In this document: in pieces, positions 51,000 through 60,738 of the stretch | How the letters are laid out: every line of letters starts with the position of its first letter | Position numbering within the stretch: position 1 is the stretch's first letter | Origin: Guillardia theta CCMP2712 | Lineage: Eukaryota; Protista; Cryptophyta | Direction: 5' to 3' | Assembly (NCBI RefSeq): GCF_000315625.1 | Contig: NW_005434513.1 | Span: 50,701 to 114,700, forward strand | DNA length: 64,000 nt | Position numbers and translations under genes: made by a program | Notes under the pieces: model-generated | Databases searched by the model: none | Told to the model about the DNA's origin: nothing | What the model saw: only the letters and a program-made list of their open reading frames with translations

Positions 51000-53162
51000 T
51001 GATATGCTATGCTGCAAATTTCTGGAGGACTGGCGATCGGAGCCTCAGGAAGTCACAAGACGACCTGATCGTCTACTGCAAGGAGTCGGAACAAGAGAGA
51101 ATAATTGTCCAACTCACAGTACACCTGATCCCTGAACAGTCGGAGGAGCTACAAGAGTACCGGAGGAAGAAACATGACAACCCTCAAGCCTCTGCCAAGC
51201 AGGAGAAAAAAAGGAACCAAGTGTGGTCCGCAATTCACGGCGACATATCACGAAACAGGAAGGGTCGATCAATGTCGATAGGATACAGCACGCAAGACAA
51301 GGAAGGAGAACAGGAACGCGGAGCGATCAAGATACACGGAAAATGTAGCGTTATCAGAGCACATACCATCGCACTCTGCATACTCCTACAAGCGATTTGG
51401 GAACAAAGAGGCAAACAAAAAACAATCAGGAAAATCTTCGTCCTCTTTAAATCAACCCGAATGCATCGCTTTCTTACGGACACCCTCAGGTGGTCAACCA
51501 TGCAGTATGAAGATGAGCTCGTGGATGACTTGGCGGGAAGACTGCAGGATTGCCTGATCAAATTTCAGCGGGAAGGCATCGAGATCAACCTCTCCATGAT
51601 TACAGATCACACCGTAGTACAAGAAGCAGCGGAAGAAGCCCGTAAGGCAAAATCCTCCTTCTCCTCCACATGGGAACGAGCCCTCATCGACGGCGACCTG
51701 GGATTCTGCATTGCAGACGAAGAGAACTTCAAGCCTGGTATGGATCGATTGAAGGTCTGGGATAAAATAATCCGAGAAGAACAACTGGAATTGAGGAGGA
51801 AAGAAGCTCCCCTCACCTTGACGGAAACCTTTCTCCTGGAACCACAAGTGGGCAGAAGGATCCTAGGTCGAGCCTTACAGAGGTGTCGCGGATCAGTACT
51901 TCGGACAACTATCCAAGCTATTACCTGGTCAGCACCAACGAGGAAAAAGCTGTTCCAGTGGAAGAAGACGACATCCCCCTGCTGCCCTTGGTGCGAAGGA
52001 AGGGAAGAAAGCTGGGTACATGTTCAGCTAGCCTGCAAGGAATTTGAGCTCATGATTGCTCTGGCACACAACAGAGTAATGGAGACAATCAAGGGATGCC
52101 TGAGAGAAAGCTGGAAGAAGAAAAATATTGAACAGGAGAGTTGGTGGCAAACGCCAATCAACTCTATGACAGGGCTAGGACTGACTGCACCAGCACACGG
52201 CAATCTCATACCGGATGGGCTCTGCTTCTTCAGAGGGAGCAATCGCATTGTACTAGTGGAGATTGCAAGAACTTCAGAATTCACGGGCGAGGGAAGCAGC
52301 CTGGCAAACCTGCAAGCAAAGTTTCAAGAGAAAGAACAGAAATATGCAGCACTGCGGGCAGAGATGACCAGTAGGAGCGACAACACGGAGGTTATACAAG
52401 CCACGTTCATCGCAGGAGTGAGAGGCAGTATTATGGAGCAGGAATGGACCACAAATTTTCAGAACTTGCTTATGGATGAGGATATGATTGACAAAGCTAT
52501 GACCAAGATAGTCATCCAGCTGCTCGAAGTGCAACACATGCTGTGGACCTCAAGGAGAAGAGGAGACACGACTAACAGACAGGAAAGACGGTGAACTACA
52601 ATCAGAAGGTGGAAAGGGAACAGAGGACCAAGGGCAACAGGCCAACGATAGATACAGCGCAGAGAACAAGCGCGAAGGATATGAGAAGGCTGGCAGACGA
52701 CAGGGTAAAGACCAACGAGGACAAATCAAAAGGGAAGCCTCAAAAGCAAGCAACTAGGATCAGCATGGCAGGGAAGGGGAAAGGACACACGAGACAGCTG
52801 GAAGATGACAGGGTAAAGGTCAACGCGGACAGACCGAAGGGGAAGCCCCACAGGCGAAAAAACAGGACCAGCATGGCAGGGAAAGGGCAAGGACTAATTT
52901 TAGCGCAACAAACAGGTGGACGGTTACACTGAAACCGTCGAGCCGGGCCCGGCCGCGGAGGCGCGGCACCGGCGGCTCAAACCGGAGGACCACGGAAACA
53001 ATAGGAACAGCGAAACAGCGATCGAACCCTGGATGCCACAAAGGGCCATCCAAGATGGGCCGCTCTGCCAAGCGTGAGAACCCCTTTAGACTAGAATAGG
53101 CCGGGGAGGTACCCGGTACGACTAACTTCTAGCATTCAAATAAACTCGACTGACTACTACTA
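50999..53162 (+). mobile_element. 3' portion of an RLE-clade non-LTR retrotransposon (RT region missing) ending at telomeric repeats
   Basis: ORF 50999..52594 has a degenerate RNase H-like region, CCHC knuckle CPWC..REESWVHVQLAC, AHNRV (RHN motif), PDGL...IVLVEIA (PD..E) and EKEQKY (K..KY). The 3' UTR has AATAAA and an (ACT)n tail joined to TAGGG. Confidence 0.88.
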
Positions 53163-53207
53163 GGGTTTTTTAGGGTTTAGGGTTTAGGGTTTAGGGTTTA
53201 GGGTTTA
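53161..53207 (+). repeat. Interstitial telomeric tract (TTTAGGG)n no. 1
   Basis: Directly visible. Confidence 0.95.
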
Positions 53208-53525
53208 CAGGCGCCGGTTATTTCAGGCAGGCGCCGGTTATTTCAGGCAGGCAGGCGCCGGTTATTTCAGGCAGGCAGGCGCCGGTTATTTCAGGCAGGC
53301 GCCGGTTATTTCAGGCAGGCGCCGGTTATTTCAGGCAGGCGCCGGTTATTTCAGGCAGGCGCCGGTTATTTCAGGCAGGCGCCGGTTATTTCAGGCAGGC
53401 GCCGGTTATTTCAGGCAGGCGCCGGTTATTTCAGGCAGGCGCCGGTTATTTCAGGCAGGCGCCGGTTATTTCAGGCAGGCGCCGGTTATTTCAGGCAGGC
53501 GCCGGTTATTTCAGGCAGGCGCCGG
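53208..53525 (+). repeat. 20-bp tandem array (GCCGGTTATTTCAGGCAGGC), ~15 copies; variant of the family-A 5' terminus
   Basis: Unit resembles GGCGCCGTTATTTTCGGCA at 60740 and GCGCCGGTTATTCCAGGCA at 63412. Confidence 0.92.
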
Positions 53526-53792
53526 AAGGCTTAGGTCAGAAAGGCTTCGTCGCTGTAGGGGCCAACGTCATCTGGAGACAGAGGGAGGTCGAGTGGATTA
53601 TCTCCTCGAGCTGCCCAGAGGCGAATGATACAGCATTTCGAGCTTTCCGAGAGAGCGAAGCGATGGAGGGAGCATCATCTTCCCTCATCTCCACCCGCAG
53701 TCGGTCCTTCTTGCACATGCATCTCTGCGAATTTACTCCTGGCAGTGCTATGAACAGGAAGCTAAGAGGTCGACGCTCTATGTCGTCGCTCC
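53526..53792. mobile_element. Rearranged family-A remnant: a forward internal piece fused to an inverted 3' piece
   Basis: 53526-53670 matches 56047-56192 (+). 53673-53792 is the reverse complement of about 60066-60203 with small indels. Confidence 0.85.
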
Positions 53793-55021
53793 ATTCTGTA
53801 GGATTTTGGTCAGGTAGGCATATACGGTATCTTGTAGGGTAGTCCCTGGGAATCGAGGGGTGGTTTAGGGATTTCAGTTATTTGTACCAGGTAATTTGAG
53901 ACCTTACGAAATTTATTTGAAATGTTCACTAGAATAATTTTTATATGTCGATAACAGTACAAAATGAAAAATATTTTATTTTGTTGCCTCCTTGTCCTTT
54001 ACCCCTTCCCTGATGCTGGCATAGATGCAAACCATTCTGCTGTGGACCATTGGATGAGAAGCAGCTGAGAGAGACAATGACACAGGTGAATCAGAAGCCC
54101 AACATGCATGTGTGCTGGAAGGCTTGCGACGGATGTGTGATTCGGAAGCTTACACATGTGCTTTGAGTTTTTCAATGAGAGTTTTCCTCCAAAATATTTT
54201 ATTTTGCTGCCTCCTTGTCCTTTGCTGATGTGGACCATTGGATGAGAAGCAGTTGAGAGAGACAATGACACAGAAGGTATCGCAGATATCTGGAAGCCAT
54301 GCAGCCCAATGATCGTTGTGAGAGCATTCAAACGGATAATCTCCGTGTTTCACTTCCCTTGTTACAACACTGCGCGCTGGAGAGTTCACAGATACTCTGC
54401 AGAGATGACTAGCTTCTCAAGAGACTTTCAGATAGAATTCCAGCAAGAAAAGCATGCAGGCTTGATTTTGACATATATATTCCTGGATTCAAATGAATAA
54501 TTGCTCTGTCGCAGAAAATTATTGTTGATGCAAAGCTTGACATCTGACTTGCAGCGAAAAGCAGCACACTTGCTGCTCAGATGCAGAGATGTTAAACCAA
54601 GCTTTATTTGAGAGGACCCTCATCTTTAGTTTAGTAAACTATCATTAAGCTCAAATTCAATCTACCATATTGAGTGGAGGAGGTTATCTAAACATATGGA
54701 AACACACTCTGACAATCTGATTATTACGATCAGAAAATCACAAGTGTTGCATGAATCAGTATCGTAGACCATAAATTTTATAGGAGAACATCCGCTTCGC
54801 ACCTGCCTAGAACATTTAAAATGAGGCTACCTACATCTGATTGATGGTACAATATGCAGCTATGAGGAAAGCTTAACGCATTTGGGAAATTTCCTCAAAT
54901 TTTTCCTGGCCCAAACTTTCTTCATTGTCACGAGTCTTTCCATACCATCTTCGAAGAAGCAACATCCTCTTCATACATTTACATGTGTCCATGCTTCTTC
55001 ATACGTTTGCATGTGTCCATG

Positions 55022-55077
55022 TTTAGGGTTTAGAGTTTAGGGTTTAGGGTTTAGGGTTTAGGGTTTAGGGTTTAGGG
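55022..55077 (+). repeat. Interstitial telomeric tract no. 2
   Basis: Eight TTTAGGG units, one of them the variant TTTAGAG. Confidence 0.95.
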
Positions 55078-56927
55078 CCGTTATTTTCGGCAGCATGGCT
55101 CCTTGCCAGGTGTAGGGGAAGCCGCCAGGGCGCCAAGGAAGCTGCAAGCGAGAGGTTTGTATACTTCAAATAGCTTTCTAAGTATGGTTCTTCAGTATGA
55201 TGAAAATGTTCGCAACCTGCTGTATCGGAGATCATGCCAATACACGCAGAGCGGACTTGTGGATGCCTCTGTCCTCGAAGCTGATCTCGTCGAGAGGGTG
55301 AAGAGCTTCGCGAAGCGTTATCCGAACAGCAGGACAGCCCAGGCTTGCAAGGCTGTGGAGGGATGCACCCCCGACGCTATCGCAGAAGCCATCCGCTCGA
55401 CATGTCAGCAGGCACGACGGGAGCTTCTACAAGAAGCAATGACTGGATGGAGTGACGCATCCAGAGAATGGTTTATGCAGCAGATTGAAGAAGCCAAGAA
55501 GGAGAAGGTCGAGACATACACCGCCTCAGCAGGCAACGAGGTGACTTCCTTCATCTCCATGACTCTCCTGGGCATCTCCTCGGTGTATGTCAACCATGAA
55601 GAGAAGTTGAAGAAGAAATTCGAAGAGATCGGACTGATCGTAGACTCAGTGCAAGAGAGTAAAGCAATCATGTGGAAGGCTCCGTATAGACCCGAGATAG
55701 CGAGTGCTGAGGAGATCCCGGTGACTGTTTCCTTCCTCCGCAATGCACAAGCGGAGAAGCTCTGGCAGGGAAGAGAGGACTTCGCGATCGATGGTCGCAA
55801 GTTCACAGCTGTACATGTGAGCATCGTGCACGATAGATCTTTCAAGATTCGAGCCAAGAGAGGACCCCGGGGGCAAAGGGGGCAGCTTGGCAGAGCTGAC
55901 CCACCTGCTAACCTTGGGCGGCATGACAACGGCTGAGATAGCTGCCGTCTATCGCTATCAGCTGCTGCGCCAGTCCCTTGCAGCGGTCCAACTCCAGCCG
56001 CTGGCAGGCATGCTGGTCGCTGGGGCGCCAGGACAGCAAGTCCACAAAGGCTTAGGTCAGAAAGGCTTCGTCGCTGTAGGGGCCAACGTCATCTGGAGAC
56101 AGAGGGAGGTGGAGTGGATCGTCTCCTCGAGCTGCCCAGAGGCGAATGATACAGCATTTCGAGCTTTCCGAGAGAGCGAAGCGATGGAGGGAGTACACCT
56201 GACTCTGTTCAGCGAGGACCCGAAGATCAGAGAGGCGCTCGCAGTCGAGTTGACAGCTGATCGCTTTGTGTCCAGAAATAAGTTGAAGAAGGCATCAAGG
56301 ATGCAGAAGAAGGCAGGCGGCAAGGACGGCAAGGAGATCAAGATCATCATCAAGTCGACGGCGGCATCTGGTCGCTTCACGAGGAAGGAGATGGAGGGGC
56401 TGTGCAACGGCGGCAACACGTCCATCGCAAGAGTCAAGAGAGTCCTTAACAGGCTCGAGATCAAAGTTGAAGGCATCGACATGGAGGAGGATTTGAACAC
56501 CAAGTCCTGGAACGGGTCCAAGCTATGCATCCTCCTCGGCTCCACGGAGGATGCTCGATGCATGATGAAGCAGCTGCCCTTCTCTCTAGAAGGCGCAGCA
56601 ACCAAGCTCGAAGCAGTCGGCTTCGACAAGGAGCCTGAGGCGGCTGGTCAGCGGGGCACCAGCGACGCAGCGCAGCGACAGGAGGAGAGCGAGGGAGAGT
56701 GGCTGGAGTTTACAGACCTGGAGAGGATCACAATGGAGCAGCATCTCCGTCAAGCCAAGAGGACATGCAGCTCGTCAGCGAGCTGTCAGCAGTCATCGAA
56801 GATGCAACTTCTTTGAACGAGGCGGGGACGAGCGAGCCGATCAAGCTGGTCCTGGACAAGGCCGTTGGCAACCTCCACGACACCTTCTACTCTCCGGGGA
56901 GCCTGGAGTTCATGTCGCTGGGAGAGT
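55077..56927 (+). mobile_element. Family-A ORF1-only element, copy 1 (frameshifted, 3'-truncated, capped by TTTAGGG)
   Basis: Near-identical to 60760-62620. ORF pieces 55103..55936, 55887..56816 and 56699..56938. Ends GGGAGAGT|TTAGGG. Confidence 0.85.
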
Positions 56928-56954
56928 TTAGGGTTTAGGGTTTAGGGTTTAGGG
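56927..56954 (+). repeat. Interstitial telomeric tract no. 3
   Basis: Four TTTAGGG units. Confidence 0.95.
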
Positions 56955-57122
56955 GGCCCGTTGACAGAGGCAGGGCCCGTTGACAGAGGCATGCTGCTCT
57001 GTGGCGCGTAGGGAGGGGCCCGTTGACAGAGGCATGCTGCTCTGTGGCGCGTAGGGAGAGCGCAAGGGCACCGGAGGAAGCTGCGAGCAAGAGGTTTGTG
57101 CAGTTCAAACAGCTTTCTAAGT

Positions 57123-59270
57123 ATGGTACTACAGTATGATGAGAGCGTTCGCAACCTGCTGTATCGGAGATCATGCCAATACACGCAGGGTGAGCGCTCA
57201 GGAGGCCACGTCGAGGAGGCCGACCTCGTCGAGAGAGTGAAGAGCTTCACCAAGCGTTATCCGAATAGTCGGACAGCTCATGCTTGCAGAGCTGAGGGGG
57301 GATGCACTCCCGACGCTATCGCAGAAGCCATCCGCTCGACATGTCGGCAGGCGAGACGCGACCTGTTTGAAGACTCTCTGAGCGCATGGAGCCCAGAGTC
57401 GAAAGCATGGTTCATGCAACAGATGAAAGAGGCCAAACAGCAGAATGTCGAGACTTACATCGGCACCGAAGACACCGAGGAGACCTCCTTCATCTCCATG
57501 ACTCTCCTGGGCATCTCCTCGATGTATGTGCGACAAGAAGACAAATTGAAAATGAAGTTGACGGAGCTGGGACTCATAGTAGACTCAGTCGATAGAGACG
57601 ACAAGTCCATCATGTGGAAAGCACCTTACAGACCTGAGATAGCACGAGCAGACGACATCTCAGTCACCATCTCCTTCCTTCGGAATGAAGAAGCCATCGC
57701 ACTCTGGCAAGGCAGCAGAGAGTACAGCATCGACGGGCGAATTTTCAGAGCAACTGAAGTCAGCATTGCACACGACCGGTCGTTCAAGCTCCGAGCCAAG
57801 CGAGGACCTTGGGGCAAGGGAGGGAGCCTTGCCGAGCTATCGCAGCTCCTAGCTCTTGGAGGAATGTCGACGGCGGACATAGCTCGGATCTATCAATTCC
57901 AACTGATCTCGCAATGTCTCGCCGCAGCAGAGGTACAACCGCTGGCGGGCATGCTCGTGCAGGGTGCTGGGCAGAGAGGTCGCAAGGGGCCGAGCCCGAA
58001 GACGTATGTTGCTGTTGGAGCAAGCACCGGAGCTCTGCAGCAGAGAGAGCTCGAGTGGGTACTATCCTGCCCATCGACGGCCAGCTGCGAGCAGACGTTG
58101 GCCTCGTTCAGAGAGAGCGAGGCGATGGAGGGGGTGCACCTGACTCTCGTCAGCGACGACGCCAAGCTCAGAGAGACGTTTGCAGTCGAGCTCACAGCAG
58201 ACACCTTCGTGCCGAGAGGAAAGATTGCCAAGCAGAGGAAGGTACTTCGCGACAGGGAGCAGGCTCCAAGCGGCAGCTTCAGGGTGCAGATCAAGTCGAA
58301 GTCAAGCATGAGCACAGGCCGCTTCTCGAGGAAGGAGATGGAAGCACTGTGCGGAGGAGGTAACACATCGACCACGCGAGTCAAGCGAGCCATGTTGGAA
58401 TTAGCAAGAAGAATGAACCTGAAGCTTGCCAGCATTGAGGTTCAAGAAGATCGAGACACGCTGAGCTGGGATGGGAGCCTGATAACTCTCTCCCTGGCGA
58501 CCAAGGCAGAGGCTCGACGTCTGATGGAAGACATCCCCTTCTACTTGGAAGGGGTCCTGGAAGTCAAGCTGGAAGCTGTGGGTTTCAAGTGGAGCTCTCA
58601 GGATGAAGAGGAGAGCGAGGAGCAGGCTCAGGAGCCCCAAGGGCAGCAGCAAGGCGCTGGATGGCTGGAGCTCAGCGACATCGACAGGATTACTCTGGAG
58701 GCGGCCTCGCCGTCAGGACCAGTCGACCAGCAGGTCTTGGTCGACCTCTCGACGATGCTCCTGGAGACGTCAGAGGAGGATCTACTTGCTGGCAAGCCGA
58801 TCCCGCTGGAGCTAGACAAGAGTGTCGGCAAGCTGCATGACACCTTCTACTCGCCGGGCAACGTGGAGTTCATGACGCTCGGAGCTTGGGCAGCCACGCC
58901 GTCGTTGGGATCGAAGCGCAACATGTTGAAGGAAAAGCTGAGAGCGTACCTGGGCAAGCAGCGCTGGACTCAGGTACAGGGGAACAAGAAGCAGAAACAA
59001 GCAGCGAGGAGGGGCAGCGCTTTCTCTCCAAGAGCAGCAGCAACTGATGCGCTTGAGCAGGAGGCTGAGAGCGATGACATCGAGAGTCGATCTGTGAGCC
59101 TCTTGTTTCTTGCGATCAGTAAATTTGCTGAAAACCAAGGCCTGAAATGCACGGGCAAGGTCGACAAGCGAGACCGACTGCGGCTGATGCTGAAGGAAGA
59201 AGTCGACATGGAAGCTGAGGAGGGCGAGGGCGTGGAGGAGGAGGCTGGCGCAGGCCTCTCGCGCGCTTGA
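57123..59270 (+). CDS. Family-B ORF1-like protein (~715 aa from MVLQY), an intact diverged paralog of the family-A ORF; possible RRM-like domains and acidic tail
   Basis: Uninterrupted intronless ORF 57096..59270, colinear with the family-A ORF with many substitutions. No RT (YxDD) or nuclease motif seen. The element starts at ~56954, right after the telomeric tract. Confidence 0.8.
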   Translation: MVLQYDESVRNLLYRRSCQYTQGERSGGHVEEADLVERVKSFTKRYPNSRTAHACRAEGGCTPDAIAEAIRSTCRQARRDLFEDSLSAWSPESKAWFMQQMKEAKQQNVETYIGTEDTEETSFISMTLLGISSMYVRQEDKLKMKLTELGLIVDSVDRDDKSIMWKAPYRPEIARADDISVTISFLRNEEAIALWQGSREYSIDGRIFRATEVSIAHDRSFKLRAKRGPWGKGGSLAELSQLLALGGMSTADIARIYQFQLISQCLAAAEVQPLAGMLVQGAGQRGRKGPSPKTYVAVGASTGALQQRELEWVLSCPSTASCEQTLASFRESEAMEGVHLTLVSDDAKLRETFAVELTADTFVPRGKIAKQRKVLRDREQAPSGSFRVQIKSKSSMSTGRFSRKEMEALCGGGNTSTTRVKRAMLELARRMNLKLASIEVQEDRDTLSWDGSLITLSLATKAEARRLMEDIPFYLEGVLEVKLEAVGFKWSSQDEEESEEQAQEPQGQQQGAGWLELSDIDRITLEAASPSGPVDQQVLVDLSTMLLETSEEDLLAGKPIPLELDKSVGKLHDTFYSPGNVEFMTLGAWAATPSLGSKRNMLKEKLRAYLGKQRWTQVQGNKKQKQAARRGSAFSPRAAATDALEQEAESDDIESRSVSLLFLAISKFAENQGLKCTGKVDKRDRLRLMLKEEVDMEAEEGEGVEEEAGAGLSRA

Positions 59271-59538
59271 GTCTTAGAGGTGGACAAGAGGCGGAGCGGA
59301 GCTGTGGGCCCCAAGGGGGGAAGGAGGAAGAAATAAATGAGGTGGACACGGGGCAAGCAACGAAGGTAAGGCAGGTAAGCCGGTGGGGGAGGGGGGAGGG
59401 GGGGGCGGGGGGGGAGGAGGCCGGGCGGCGACCGGCCGGGCTTTCGGGCCCGGTCGTGACCGAGGCCCGGGGGAAGGGACGTGAGTCCCAGGGACTCATC
59501 CACAACCCACTGCCACCTCACCCATCATCCACTCACCG

Positions 59539-60702
59539 GCCCTTCTATCTCGAAGGCGCAGCAACCAAGCTCGAAGCAGTCGGCTTCGACAAGGAGCCTG
59601 AGGCGGCTGGTCAGCGGGGCACCAGCGACGCAGCGCAGCGACAGGAGGAGAGCGAGGGAGAGTGGCTGGAGTTTACAGACCTGGAGAGGATCACAATGGA
59701 GGCAGCATCTCCGTCAAGCCAAGAGGACATGCAGCTCGTCAGCGAGCTGTCAGCAGTCATCGAAGATGCAGCTTCTTTGAACGAGGCAGGGACGAGCGAG
59801 CCGATCAAGCTGGTCCTGGACAAGGCCGTTGGCAACCTCCACGACACCTTCTACTCTCCGGGGAGCCTGGAGTTCATGTCGCTGGGAGAGTGGGCGAAGA
59901 CGCCAGAGGAGCAGGGAGTTGGGCGCAACGTTCTCAAGGAGAAGCTGGGGAAGTGGCTGCAGAGCAAGCGCTGGACTCGCGTGCAAGGAGAGAACAAGAA
60001 GGCAAGGAGGGGCAGCGCGTTCTCGCCACGGGCAACGGCAGCTGCTGAGCTTGAGCAGGAGGCGGAGAGCGACGACATAGAGCGTCGATCTCTTAGCTTC
60101 CTGTTCATAGCACTGAGTAAATTCGCAGAGATGCATGTGCTGGCCTGCTCGCTGAAGGTGGACAAGAAGGACCGACTGCGAGTGGAGATGAGGGAAGATG
60201 ACGAAGAAGAGGAAGACATGGAGGAAGAGCAAGGCGAGGGCGAGGAAGAAGACAGGGCGAGCCCGTACCGAGCTTGAGCTGAGCTCAAGGTAAGGAGAGA
60301 AGGTAGGAGGCGACCGAAGGCCAAGGTGAGGAGAGGCAACTCTCCTGACTGAGGCTGAGGAAGCTGAATGGAGGAGGAGTAGGTGGCGACCGAAGGCCAA
60401 GGTGAGGAGAGGCAACTCTTCTGACTGAGGCTGAGGAAGCTGAATGGAGGTAGAGTAGGTGGCGACCGAAGGCCAAGGTGAGGAGAGGCAACTCTCCTGA
60501 CTGAGGCTGAGGAAGCCAAGAGAAGACAGAAGAAGTAGAAAGTAGAAAGACGCCTCAGAAGCAGGGTTCGCATTGTAGGCCGTGTACTCCCAGTGCTCGC
60601 GCGCCTCTTTAGACTAGGATCAAATTGCATAAGCCCACAACGAGGCCGAGCAACATTCTAGCATTCTAATAAACTCACATAATAATAATAATAATAATAA
60701 TA
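59539..60702 (+). mobile_element. Family-A element, copy 2 (5'-truncated, complete 3' end with (TAA)n tail)
   Basis: Matches 62270-63403. ORF stop at 60277, then 76-bp UTR repeats, AATAAA at 60668 and an (ATA)n tail joined to TAGGG. Confidence 0.88.
60309..60515 (+). repeat. 76-bp 3'-UTR tandem repeat (~2.7 copies) with an AGGAGAG-GCAA-CTCTCCT hairpin; second occurrence at about 63043-63245
   Basis: CGACCGAAGG at 60311, 60387 and 60463. Confidence 0.9.
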
Positions 60703-60738
60703 GGGTTTAGGGTTTAGGGTTTAGGTTTAGGGTTTAGG
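60701..60738 (+). repeat. Interstitial telomeric tract no. 4
   Basis: TAGGG(TTTAGGG)n with TTTAGG variants. Confidence 0.95.

Noticed and set aside
59267-60277. 336-aa ORF as a genuine ORF2
   Set aside because: It is a chance fusion of family-B downstream sequence, a G-run-rich junction of doubtful quality, and the C-terminus of a 5'-truncated family-A copy.
60350-60400. Hammerhead ribozyme (CTGAGGA) in the 76-bp repeat, which would imply a Penelope/Athena-type element
   Set aside because: No stem II and no properly placed GAAA (GAAG instead). The associated enzyme fragment is RLE-type, not PLE.
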